From: a virus
IMG/VR virus record: IMGVR_UViG_3300033143_006513
DNA length: 64,000 nucleotides
Direction: 5' to 3' (one strand)
The number at the start of each line of letters is the position of its first letter. Within the stretch, counting starts at the first letter, position 1. A program made the translations under genes and the position numbers. Positions 28,701 to 37,936 of the stretch are shown here, piece after piece. The notes below the pieces were generated by a model. That model did no database searches. It was not told where the DNA came from and saw nothing but the letters and a program-made list of their open reading frames with translations.

Positions 28701-30785
28701 AAAAGAGATACTGCTTGACGTCATTTGTTCACGTATAGTTAAATTTTTAAATATCACGTTACATCCTTCTAACTTTACGGAACTACCGCTTATAACTATA
28801 TTTATATTATTATAATTGCCAACACCTGCTATTATAATTTTTTTATTTATTATATAGCCACCAATATAATATGTTCCAGGAAGAACGTACATTATTTCAC
28901 CATCTGAAGCAGCATCCATAGCAGAAGTTAAAGTAACATAATTATCACCAACTACTTTTGCTCCATCAAAAATAACCAAATCTTTATCTATTTCAATATA
29001 AGATAAAAACATTGAATCATCAACCTTAACAACAGCATCAACAGAAAAATGCCTACACCTATCTACTAATTCATTTAAATTAATATATGTAATATCTTGA
29101 TACGCTTTATCTGTTGGTGAAAATTTCCATGCTGTTGGTATTAAAGCTACAGCATCTGTTGGTGTCATAAATTCTTCGCTATCAATGGTAATACTATCCA
29201 AATAAGCTATAACACCTGGATCTATCCCTTCTATAGATACTTTATAATAATATTGTTTGGCACAATTTTGAGATAATATAGTTATCCAACTACTACCATC
29301 ACTTAAAAGATACTGTATATTATAACCATCATTTATTATTTTTAATTTTCTATTACTAACATTTGAAATATGATATATAGAAGAATTACCGGATAATCCA
29401 CTACAGTAATAGTTTACCCAAGAAGCAACACCGCCACTATACCCGACTTTAAATTTAGATACACCAGATGTTCTATCTTTATAACTATCATACGCTTCTA
29501 CATTTAAAGATAAAGCTAAACCTTCTATAAAACCAAATGATAAATTATTATAATCCAAAATTATTTCAAATGGCGCGCAAAAAAAAGTATTTGATTGTAT
29601 TTTATCTTCATTGTTTGATATTACTCTTAAAGAATTGCTATATATTCTAGGATCACCACTAATTGTCCACCTTTCTGAGCTCGGAGCTCTTCCATCCAAA
29701 GCACTAAATTCGTCGTCAGCTCCAACAGAAAATAACCAATCATTTTTTAATTCTTTATATAAAGATTTATCTTCGAAACATCTAAACCTGTGAACAGTAG
29801 TAATTTGACTACCGTATGTTCCATGACCATACTGATTACCACACCAAGCATACAAATCACCATTTACAATATAATCAATTATTAAATACCCATTAGTAGG
29901 TCCTTGCCAATAAATAATAGCCCCAGTCCCTGGTATGAATTTAACACCTATTGTATAAGGCTGTCCGTATACAGGGTAAAATAAACTATTAGTACCATCA
30001 TATATGTAATTATACACATTACCATCAATATAAAGTTTAAACACACCATTCTGATAATCTATACAAATACTTTCACCCGAATGATCACTAACACCGCTGC
30101 GAAAAGGGTTATTACAAACAACAAAACCAGCACTATAACTACTACCATAACTATTTATTACTACAGACCACTCAAATGTAATATTATTAGCAGAACACAC
30201 TATTTTATTTGTACGTATATTTCCGCCCGTCAATTTTATATAATTACCGTCAACATGTGAATTAGTACCATCCACAATTACATCATTATAAAAATCAAAA
30301 TCATCATTAATTACAAAATTATCAAAATAACATTCAACTGATGGATTGGTGTCCCAAGAACTACGCTCTAATCTAATATGCACTACTTCGATATTTTCTG
30401 TTAAATACCAATCATAAAAACGAAACCACTTATTGCCTATCAAAAAATATGAAGAAAACATATTACCTTTTTTAGTTATACGAAATTTTCCTGACATGGT
30501 GTCTAAACCATAGACAGCATGCGTGGTCCCAACACCATTAATATATGTTGTTGTTATATAACTTTTATACGGAGAACTTGATGTATGCAGGTATCTAATA
30601 TCGAATCTATTATCATTATCAAAATAAATAACCAACGCCTGTGACCAACAACAATGCGCTTGATATGTTCCTATACTAAAATCTACTTGAACATTAAAAT
30701 CACCAACAGGCACATATTTTGAGTTTACATACTGTCCATAAAGATTGATTATATAAATCCCTGTCATTACCATAAAAATAATCAA
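25710..30785 (-). CDS. large virion structural protein (ConA-like repeats, beta-helix-like segment, LamG-like C-terminal part); probably the 3' piece of a split gene
   Basis: 1691 aa; homology to the ConA-like repeat begins abruptly mid-domain at YVNSKYVPVGDFNVQVDF; no clear RBS before the TTG/ATG candidates; overlaps ORF 30700-31404 in the +1 frame. Confidence 0.7.
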   Translation of the reverse strand: MIIFMVMTGIYIINLYGQYVNSKYVPVGDFNVQVDFSIGTYQAHCCWSQALVIYFDNDNRFDIRYLHTSSSPYKSYITTTYINGVGTTHAVYGLDTMSGKFRITKKGNMFSSYFLIGNKWFRFYDWYLTENIEVVHIRLERSSWDTNPSVECYFDNFVINDDFDFYNDVIVDGTNSHVDGNYIKLTGGNIRTNKIVCSANNITFEWSVVINSYGSSYSAGFVVCNNPFRSGVSDHSGESICIDYQNGVFKLYIDGNVYNYIYDGTNSLFYPVYGQPYTIGVKFIPGTGAIIYWQGPTNGYLIIDYIVNGDLYAWCGNQYGHGTYGSQITTVHRFRCFEDKSLYKELKNDWLFSVGADDEFSALDGRAPSSERWTISGDPRIYSNSLRVISNNEDKIQSNTFFCAPFEIILDYNNLSFGFIEGLALSLNVEAYDSYKDRTSGVSKFKVGYSGGVASWVNYYCSGLSGNSSIYHISNVSNRKLKIINDGYNIQYLLSDGSSWITILSQNCAKQYYYKVSIEGIDPGVIAYLDSITIDSEEFMTPTDAVALIPTAWKFSPTDKAYQDITYINLNELVDRCRHFSVDAVVKVDDSMFLSYIEIDKDLVIFDGAKVVGDNYVTLTSAMDAASDGEIMYVLPGTYYIGGYIINKKIIIAGVGNYNNINIVISGSSVKLEGCNVIFKNLTIREQMTSSSISFRTQGDEISYFTMDNCKYIATSSTYIFKIEGTQSFYVYLRKCYLSGLSSYHLAYIASGYPDIMFDILDCRINLSRSSLLSHINGYQMRAEIYSNNSFYEPKVIDTIPVFVLFSPHNNTNIYLNTPRGLEKTITSKENEFNYLSFGNTPGGVTFYGGDNDYYFSEYLMPSVDSSFRLFIQGYIDTIRVFDRYQTYSETLDNINTVDGLGINLKLAHNNTIVDYKCYEPLNIYNSGLYLGRNTSSTIDEFIWSGKEISSSDLLLYYSNYLSKLGYLNSSIDIYNIQYKFFIDFGSTVGIGSLIQSQANNFLHTNYYSDDTDDPSLINTPCSLYDARWYVLSNDISYNASSLTPGVFSVFPVVNGCDKSRWVYSGEYGYIDLVPGSVLSVSSSLTDVYNIKWKRNKTDINDYMISNFSDSLTISLKLFGGGGKCNRIVIKSGYDIGIEYTGYITKCSIVIDSVIVFSIENNINSTIVAEFDSVFFTTIDLIIQEVKQTPEFFFNGTHLTGNVAFINYVKVLSPSTTRKFDNTLCNVYELETSLKLDSIDTSKTGSCSLNYYLSNQFMDECVVASSLDLSNLPNDKFVSVLAISNNLYDCGFIINEYTVDVTSETMTGSIDSWKVYTGDAELYEEFFYIQGTSTSIGVRFFKSTVFEIGTYDEQFGMDEEWAITDELVLGIYSANSVDSFYLCIGAKESGRYYRWDFSLVSGWNNFRFNFYDSKVTKYVFNLLTNNLLFNDLDIFNVWFGGTYLHESGILVLDNIFVDRSSVKNVLSSKKDSFYIPLYFEKLAGSIHMDYVSYWDSNGLIFGNELSDKILLSMFSDELCMSLVNTITGEFILKMYSYKHDIRTKKIFGRAHGFNINDKVKLKLDWFCKGGYFWVELYVNGLLIGRIQFSLIEITELKVTGIMVGGTGVNVGSQDMLSLCGKIKNIKIYSSNIESEITDDTLIIDGKNLVENSPLFIGEIQPGNFISLPVKYKGKNKQLSELNLKLKWVGVY

Positions 30786-31404
30786 AAAAATAACAAGTTG
30801 AACAGCCTTTTTCAGAATTAACTATAAAATTATCAAGGGTTACTGCGGAATCAAAAGAACCATAAGAATGAAACCCTAGTAATATATTTCCTTTATCACA
30901 ACTAAATGAATCATAGGTCTTCCAAGTAGTCCAAGTACTAACCGAACCATCTTTATAATAAACAACTAAATTACCAAAAAAACGAGATATTCTAAACTTT
31001 CCATAAGAATTTACTCTAGCTGTTGTGTAGAAAGTCCATACTCCGTTTTTCCTAAACTCACACATAAAAACATCATTAGATAAATAATTCCCCGCTCGAA
31101 GAAAAAAACCGTTATCCTCATCTATTTTAAAATCTATACTAACACCGCATTTTGTAGTATCGACACCAGAACAAATAGTAAAATCTACCTGAACATCAAA
31201 ATCTTCAAACTCATGTGTCGATTTTATATAAGTATACTCTGGCGGTATAATATAACTACCATTTATTTCAGCGCCAAGATTTCCAGTACCCGATGGGCCT
31301 GGAACATATTCAATCTGCATAAACTCCTGAGATACTAAAACAGACGGCAATCTAGTAGCATATTCTACTTGGACAAGCTCTTGAGATACTAAAATTTCAC
31401 CCAT
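30700..31404 (-). CDS. chimeric 234-aa ORF: VSQE-repeat N-terminus fused to the second half of a ConA-like repeat
   Basis: Residues 56 onward (EYTY.ST...FDVQVDF...DTTKCG...RVNSYGKFRI...YYKDG..S.WT...DKG.I.LG...DNFI) align with the last complete repeat of ORF 32378-37921; ends in the start of another repeat (DYFYGND...W). Confidence 0.7.
   Translation of the reverse strand: MGEILVSQELVQVEYATRLPSVLVSQEFMQIEYVPGPSGTGNLGAEINGSYIIPPEYTYIKSTHEFEDFDVQVDFTICSGVDTTKCGVSIDFKIDEDNGFFLRAGNYLSNDVFMCEFRKNGVWTFYTTARVNSYGKFRISRFFGNLVVYYKDGSVSTWTTWKTYDSFSCDKGNILLGFHSYGSFDSAVTLDNFIVNSEKGCSTCYFFDYFYGNDRDLYNQSLWTVCKLKICACW
31324..31394 (-). repeat. imperfect 17-nt direct repeat (54-nt period) encoding LVSQE..Q.EY twice
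   Basis: ctcctgagatactaaaa (31324-31340) vs ctcttgagatactaaaa (31378-31394), 16/17 identical; ILVSQELVQVEY / VLVSQEFMQIEY. Confidence 0.8.
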
Positions 31405-31410
31405 GTTGGA

Positions 31411-32364
31411 TTATGTCCTTGTTCTTACACCTATTTCCATTGAATTTACTGCAGGAGGATACCAAATACCTGACTTTGTTGGCCCATCCAACCACATTTC
31501 AGAATAATTTGTAAATGTGTTCGATAATAAAATGTCGTTACCGTGATAATTTGTTAAACCTTCACGCATAACAAAGTTAAATTTTGTTAAAGGAGAATCT
31601 GAATCTTTTCGTGCTCGTGCTTGCATCTGCACACATTTTATTGATTCGGCATTGGGTATATCCTCTAAAGTGTATGTATCTACAGCATTTACAATTCCTG
31701 ACGACACATAATCCGAATCATTATAAGGAATCTCATCTACACAAGTATAATTACTACCAGAAGGTGTAGATATGAAGTCACTGTAACCCCCAACACCGTT
31801 TGGCCTAAGTATAATAATTTCCGTTTGTTCTGGCATAACAGAGTCATCCATAACAATATTGTCGTACCAGGCCTTGCCACCAAAACGAACTCTATTCGCA
31901 GCAGAAGAAACAAACATATCACCTATGCTATCACGATCAACAATATCGTCAACCTTGACATAAATTCTACCACCAGTGCTAGCTATTTTAATATATATTT
32001 GCATAAAATAAGTAGTATGTAATACATAAGTAAAAGCCGACTCATTATAACAAAACCAACTACCACCCGTTAGCCATTGTAATTTATTACTAGACCACTG
32101 ACTCCTAATAAGCTCTGACCCACCATTTAAAAGTCTTATTATGTGACAATCAAAAACATTATCTAAACGAAATAAAAAAGTAAAATAATATTCAGTACTG
32201 GGGGATATATTTTTTTCTATATAATAATCATCATCTGAAATATACACACAATAATCATCCTTAAGAGACAACCCTGTAGTAGAAACAATAGAACATTGGT
32301 CAGTAACTGAATCCCACAAATTTAAATTCTGAGTCTCAAAACTATCTATAAATATTCTTGCCAT
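31411..32364 (-). CDS. phage tail-associated protein (MARIFIDSFE... ConA-like N-domain plus CVDE.P.ND.DYV C-domain)
   Basis: 317 aa; GGGGGT RBS-like site directly after the upstream TAA; pattern FIDSFE...WYDNIV...LRPNG.G...CVDE.PYNDSDYV...ARARK...W....VN..EIG recalled from phage tail modules, not verified by search. Confidence 0.65.
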   Translation of the reverse strand: MARIFIDSFETQNLNLWDSVTDQCSIVSTTGLSLKDDYCVYISDDDYYIEKNISPSTEYYFTFLFRLDNVFDCHIIRLLNGGSELIRSQWSSNKLQWLTGGSWFCYNESAFTYVLHTTYFMQIYIKIASTGGRIYVKVDDIVDRDSIGDMFVSSAANRVRFGGKAWYDNIVMDDSVMPEQTEIIILRPNGVGGYSDFISTPSGSNYTCVDEIPYNDSDYVSSGIVNAVDTYTLEDIPNAESIKCVQMQARARKDSDSPLTKFNFVMREGLTNYHGNDILLSNTFTNYSEMWLDGPTKSGIWYPPAVNSMEIGVRTRT

Positions 32365-32377
32365 TTCAAATACCCCC

Positions 32378-35300
32378 TTAAGAAGAAAAAGAAAAACGTA
32401 ATTTATTATCCTGTATTCTTACACTTCCACGTTCAGAATCATATGTAACCCAATCATTTGTATCTGCTTCAGAACCATTCGATCCTGTAAAGAAATCGCC
32501 TAAAATACCCACCTGACAATCTACATCTTCAGATGTACTTAATATAAAATCATCAAAATACCCAGACGGGTCTAAAGAACTAGCAGGCCAAAGACCTAAA
32601 AATATTCTTCCTTTATCTATAAAAAATGATGAAAAAGTATGAAATTCAGTCCAATTTGATTCATCACCATCTTTATAATATACTGTTACATTACCATTAG
32701 TACGTACTATTCTTATTTTTCCATAATCATTAACTCTTAATACTCTATTATAGTCTTGCCAGATATTATCAATGTTTATATCTGTCAAAAAATATCTTCC
32801 ATCTCCACCACCGTAAGCATCATAACCTGCTTTCATATAAATAGAACTATCTCCGGCTTGAAATTTAATTTCAAGACCACAACCTGTTGTATCTAGACCA
32901 AACAAACCACTAAATGTTGTTTGTATATCAAAATTACCAAAAACATTATAGGTAGACCCAGTATATGTGTACTCAATACTAGTTAAACCAAAAAAAGAAA
33001 AATACAACTGATCATCTTGAATTCTTGCAGAACCTTGCGTTGAATCATATGTAATCCAGTTAATTCGACTCGCCTTTTCTCCATCATCACCATTAAAATT
33101 ATCAAATAAATAACCAGGCTGACAATTTAAATCCTCATGTACTTTATCAAATGTTCCTTCTCCTGTTTTAAAAGTTTCATCAATAATCGTATTTACATCA
33201 TATCTTGATTTATAAATTGCCTTTATAGTATGATCAGATGTATTAGTAAACAACTGCCCATCCATATTATAATTTCCTACTGATATACTAGATAGTGTAT
33301 TAACATCGGAACTATAAGATAAAACGTTATCTATTTTAAATTTAACAAAATATTCGCTAAACCACCACAAAGACAAATCTTTTTCTTCATATGTTAAACC
33401 TATACTATAGGGCTTACTTACCAAAAGTCCTTCAGATGGTATAGAGGAGTTAACACCGCCTAACCATGAAAAACTAAAAGGATACACTGGCTTAGTCATT
33501 GACCAACTGCCTGCAATAGCATAGGTATCATTACTACTAAACTGCCTACCACGTATAAACAAAGTACTTAGACCTGGGGATTCCAATAATTCTAAATCTT
33601 TATCAGATATACCTGTTCCTTCAGTTATTAAAATTTTATTTATTTTTAAATTAAAACTATTATCCCCATAAAGACAAACATTAATATCAACAGGATAAAT
33701 GTAATCATAACCATAATCATTAGAACCTACTTCATACCAAGTAGTTCCATATTTTCTATAATAAAAATAAAAAACAGAACCTGTTCTCTTTATACGCAAC
33801 CTTCCTGACGTATCACCAACACCTACACCCGCAGAACCATAAGAAGCATAAATATAATTATTATCAAACCGATGTTTTATAGAAACATCCTCAATAGAAG
33901 TATTATTTTTAAATATTACTTTTAAAATTATTGATGCTTCTCCACTAGAATAACCATTGTAACTATCAAAATGGACATCTATAATAAAATCCCCATCTAT
34001 TGAAAACGTTGAATATAAACTTTCAGCACCAGTAAGATGTTTAAGCCAAACACCGCCACCATCAACAACGTATGGTGAAGCTATACTCCATTTATAATCC
34101 AAAACACCTTCTTCAGAAAAGTCAGTACTATACTGGTTATTGGAAATAAAATCATAAGCTATTTCATTTTTTCCTTTACACCCAACAAACTCATTAAAAA
34201 GATAGTGTGCCGCAGTATAGGTAGTCTTAGAAAACAAAGAAAAATTATCATAAACATCATAATAAACAATATTATCATAACTATACATCAATCTACATGG
34301 CTCATACGAACCTGTTTCTTTAACGTAATATACAACCGCCTTATTAATACCAATGTTATTACTAAAATCTACCCCAACAGCAGATAATACCCCATCTCCG
34401 CCTTTACGTATAGCATTTGATAAATCATAATTTATAATTACACTGTCATCTAGATAAAGTGTTTCGCCCTCTAAAATTCCGAAAAATAAATCATCAGAAT
34501 AAGAAACATACCCTTGGTGTATTGGCACTATGGTGTCATCAACATAACATTTTATTTCTGTTATCTTAATGCTTTTTGTAGCTTCGTTCACAAATTTTAA
34601 ATATCTTATACTGGTTGTATTAAAATTATATACAAACTTTTTAATCGTATAGTCCCTACAAAAAGTTAAACTTTTATCAATATTATCTAAAATTATAGAA
34701 TCATCTAAAACATTTCCAGAATAAATATAATCTAATCCATCGTTTATAGTATACCAAATTTTTTTCCCAGAAATAATTTTTGATGCTTTAATTTCACATG
34801 ATATAAATTCTGTTATTATACTACCCTTAATGTGTGAAGCATTAAATATAGTTGAAATAGAAACGAGTACCTCAGTATCAAATAAAGAAAAGGTTGTTAA
34901 CTCGTGCCACATATCACTATAAAAACAAGAAAAAGTCCAACTATCTCCTCTTTTATTTATTTTTAATCTTGTATTTCTACCAACAATAGCAGCGAATTTA
35001 TAATACGTAGGATCAGCATCGCCTTTCAATTTAAATTCCAAACCATACTCAGAACCAGTCTGAAACGCACTATAAAACTTTAAATAATTATCATAATTTC
35101 TATCACAACAAGTTAGCCCTATATATACAAAGTCCTCTATGTTGCCAACATAATCAAATCTTAATTCAATATCTATATCGTTATAAAATTCATTTATATT
35201 TATATAATTAAACCATCTTATTGCTTCATTTGTTACTGGTTTTAATTTTAAGCCACCATCTATGTAAACAAATTGTCCGTCTCTGCCTGGGATTAAATAA

Positions 35301-37921
35301 TCATATGGAACATACCAATCATCATACTCATGAATTTTAAGATCATAGAACTTCGTCACAAAGAAATCTTCAACATTAATCATATTTTTTAATGCATAAG
35401 TAGTATACTTATTATTTATATAATTACCTGAAACAAAATAAAACTTAGAATGAGTATACTGAGTTGGAACAAACCCTTTATGTAAAATACTATTATCAAA
35501 GTCATATTCATATATTAAATTCGTCGGAGAATTAATACTGTAATCCAACAAATAACATTTGAGCTTTTTAGATCTAACATTATATACTTTTAAGGTTCCT
35601 TCTCCAGCCCCGGATTCAGAAATAAAATAATTATCAGGAATAAAAGATGAATAAACATTAATGTCATTAAAACTAAACGTTCTCTTATCAGTAATAAATC
35701 CTATATTTATAAGTAAACTTTTTAAATGAATACCTATATAGGCCTCATTTTTAGTTCCAACACTTTCTAAATTAAACGATACGATTCGATCATCTCTTAC
35801 AATACCTGCTATATTAATAACATAACTTGGTATACTTCCTATTTTAGTAAATAACTCTACTTCAGAAAAACTTATATTTGGAAGTTCTCCATAATTGTAA
35901 ACAAAAACACCAACACCTTTTGTTTCTATACCGTTTTCTATATTAAATTCCCAAGCCCTCATTTGTTCATTTAAGATTACAATATCATTTGGATTAGAAA
36001 AACTTGGAGATGTCTCTATATTATCTAACACCTCTAATAAACAGTTATCGGTTGTTTCTTTTTTTGCGCTATGTATTAAAACACTATATATATCTATAAT
36101 AGTTGGGAATTCGTAATAAAACAACACACTACCTGGTATAAATGTGTATGTATAATTATTGTCTTCATATACATCAATTATATATTCATGCCAACTATAT
36201 CTTAAAGAATCTCCACTCACCATTGATAATAAATCTATTGGTGGGTTCTCTGAATCAGCAAAGGTAGATACATCTATATCAGTAAAAACCTTATTATCAG
36301 ATAAATATTCAATACCAACAATTTCTCCTGGAATTTCCGTTACAACATCTAAACTATCTTTAACATTAACTTGGCACCCAGTTATTTTATAATTAAAATT
36401 ATTATTAAATATAATATTAAAATCGCGATTATAAGAATCTAAATAATTTAACAAAAAAGATAACTTATCTACATACGCCTCTTCATCATACACAGCTAAT
36501 ATCGGAATATCATTCGTTGTAGGTGATTCAAAATAAGCATAAAGTGAAACAGATGAAAACGAAACAGCCTCTATACTTTCTTTGTTTATACTAGTTGAAT
36601 ACCCCGAAACTGCTCCATAATAATTTATGGGTGTAGTAATTCCATGTTTGGCTGTTCCTATCTTTAAATTATAAATACCTATTATATCGCCTTTATATAC
36701 CCTACATAGCCAACTTATATTATGCTTTGACATACGGATTGTTTCAGCTAGAAAATAACTATTAACTACATTATAAGTATTGCCATTTCTTCTGTATATC
36801 AAAATTTTTCCGCCGCCGGAAAAAACTTGACAATGTAATTCAAAATGATTAAGGTACCCATCAAACGGAATTGATAAAGTATAAAAAATAACTGTTTGAT
36901 TTAAGAAATCAAAATTAGATGTTGGATATGAATCCCTACCATCAGAAAAACCAACACCAAATACTTCATTAAAATCTAAATTATTTAATTCGGTTGCTCT
37001 ATAGATACCTTTTAAATTCCCAGCAACATCTACATAATCAGAACTTCCACTGTTCTCTATCGTATAGGTATAAAATTCAGATCCCTCACTGTCAAAAAAA
37101 CCTAATACCTCTGATAATTCTGTATGAACCAACATAGGTTTGACATAATCACAACTTAATTTTATTTTGCCTCCTTCTTTTATTACTTGAAGACACGGAA
37201 CGGGCATGGAATCAAAGAAATTATTTAACTTATTTAAAATAGTATCTAAAAAATAATAACCAGATTCGAATTCAACAATAAAAGTAATACCATATATACT
37301 AAATTCAAATTTAGAATCTAAATTAAGCTTTATACTATTCCCATCAAAAAACTTTCCTAATAATATATGTAAATCTTTACCGCCTGGACACGGATGAATA
37401 TATTTACTATAATACGGACATGTAGGACAAGAACATTTATAAACAGTTGGAGAATATACAGAAAAATATTTTATAAACAAAGGAACTATTTCAGTGTTAA
37501 ACACATACAATCTAAGATCAGTTATCTTTCCTACCCATTCTGTGTTTTGTAATAAATTTATATCAGCATATAAAAATTCATTTTGTGATACATCTAATTC
37601 TTTATCTTCATAACAGTTGGCACAAAAACCAACCTCTCCCTCTTTTTTCCATTTTATTTTTAATTTTAAACTATCTATATTTTTTACATAATAAACAAGC
37701 TTTAACATATAAAAATTATTAGAATCTACAGCACTACTAAAAGAAACTTCAAAATAAGAAGAGGTATCCATAAAGTCACAGCGTATTCCACTGTGTACGG
37801 TTGCATATAAACTATTAGTAAAATCAAAAGGTTGTGTAGGAAATTCAAACACCTTGTTTGTTTCATAGGTGCATCTTCCACCAACCACTATATAGTCAAA
37901 CGCCGCTATTGTTCCATACAT
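32378..37921 (-). CDS. large virion structural protein with CBM-like N-terminal part and tandem ConA-like repeats; ends mid-repeat
   Basis: 1847 aa; WVGKITDLRLY CBM-like motif; several repeats with GDF.I.V.F...G.LRI.R.G...YY...W; final repeat truncated by TAA at 32378-32380. Confidence 0.7.
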   Translation of the reverse strand: MYGTIAAFDYIVVGGRCTYETNKVFEFPTQPFDFTNSLYATVHSGIRCDFMDTSSYFEVSFSSAVDSNNFYMLKLVYYVKNIDSLKLKIKWKKEGEVGFCANCYEDKELDVSQNEFLYADINLLQNTEWVGKITDLRLYVFNTEIVPLFIKYFSVYSPTVYKCSCPTCPYYSKYIHPCPGGKDLHILLGKFFDGNSIKLNLDSKFEFSIYGITFIVEFESGYYFLDTILNKLNNFFDSMPVPCLQVIKEGGKIKLSCDYVKPMLVHTELSEVLGFFDSEGSEFYTYTIENSGSSDYVDVAGNLKGIYRATELNNLDFNEVFGVGFSDGRDSYPTSNFDFLNQTVIFYTLSIPFDGYLNHFELHCQVFSGGGKILIYRRNGNTYNVVNSYFLAETIRMSKHNISWLCRVYKGDIIGIYNLKIGTAKHGITTPINYYGAVSGYSTSINKESIEAVSFSSVSLYAYFESPTTNDIPILAVYDEEAYVDKLSFLLNYLDSYNRDFNIIFNNNFNYKITGCQVNVKDSLDVVTEIPGEIVGIEYLSDNKVFTDIDVSTFADSENPPIDLLSMVSGDSLRYSWHEYIIDVYEDNNYTYTFIPGSVLFYYEFPTIIDIYSVLIHSAKKETTDNCLLEVLDNIETSPSFSNPNDIVILNEQMRAWEFNIENGIETKGVGVFVYNYGELPNISFSEVELFTKIGSIPSYVINIAGIVRDDRIVSFNLESVGTKNEAYIGIHLKSLLINIGFITDKRTFSFNDINVYSSFIPDNYFISESGAGEGTLKVYNVRSKKLKCYLLDYSINSPTNLIYEYDFDNSILHKGFVPTQYTHSKFYFVSGNYINNKYTTYALKNMINVEDFFVTKFYDLKIHEYDDWYVPYDYLIPGRDGQFVYIDGGLKLKPVTNEAIRWFNYININEFYNDIDIELRFDYVGNIEDFVYIGLTCCDRNYDNYLKFYSAFQTGSEYGLEFKLKGDADPTYYKFAAIVGRNTRLKINKRGDSWTFSCFYSDMWHELTTFSLFDTEVLVSISTIFNASHIKGSIITEFISCEIKASKIISGKKIWYTINDGLDYIYSGNVLDDSIILDNIDKSLTFCRDYTIKKFVYNFNTTSIRYLKFVNEATKSIKITEIKCYVDDTIVPIHQGYVSYSDDLFFGILEGETLYLDDSVIINYDLSNAIRKGGDGVLSAVGVDFSNNIGINKAVVYYVKETGSYEPCRLMYSYDNIVYYDVYDNFSLFSKTTYTAAHYLFNEFVGCKGKNEIAYDFISNNQYSTDFSEEGVLDYKWSIASPYVVDGGGVWLKHLTGAESLYSTFSIDGDFIIDVHFDSYNGYSSGEASIILKVIFKNNTSIEDVSIKHRFDNNYIYASYGSAGVGVGDTSGRLRIKRTGSVFYFYYRKYGTTWYEVGSNDYGYDYIYPVDINVCLYGDNSFNLKINKILITEGTGISDKDLELLESPGLSTLFIRGRQFSSNDTYAIAGSWSMTKPVYPFSFSWLGGVNSSIPSEGLLVSKPYSIGLTYEEKDLSLWWFSEYFVKFKIDNVLSYSSDVNTLSSISVGNYNMDGQLFTNTSDHTIKAIYKSRYDVNTIIDETFKTGEGTFDKVHEDLNCQPGYLFDNFNGDDGEKASRINWITYDSTQGSARIQDDQLYFSFFGLTSIEYTYTGSTYNVFGNFDIQTTFSGLFGLDTTGCGLEIKFQAGDSSIYMKAGYDAYGGGDGRYFLTDINIDNIWQDYNRVLRVNDYGKIRIVRTNGNVTVYYKDGDESNWTEFHTFSSFFIDKGRIFLGLWPASSLDPSGYFDDFILSTSEDVDCQVGILGDFFTGSNGSEADTNDWVTYDSERGSVRIQDNKLRFSFSS

Positions 37922-37936
37922 GGTATATTACTCTTC

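Larger units (their letters stand above)
31240..32377 (-). other. apparent inserted cassette (317-aa gene plus start of a second gene) interrupting a ConA-like domain
   Basis: The upstream ORF stops after ...IQDNKLRFSFSS and the matching continuation EYTY... resumes at 31239. Boundaries approximate; no terminal repeats or target duplication seen. Confidence 0.6.

Noticed and set aside
31240-32377. Self-splicing group I/II intron as the interrupting element
   Set aside because: The segment is essentially all protein-coding for tail-type proteins, with no room for a ribozyme core and no maturase or intron endonuclease; RT-PCR would be needed to exclude it formally.
6342-37921. Diversity-generating retroelement or invertase shufflon acting on the fibre genes
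   Set aside because: No reverse transcriptase or recombinase, no template/variable repeat pair differing at adenines and no inverted crossover sites were found by eye in this window.
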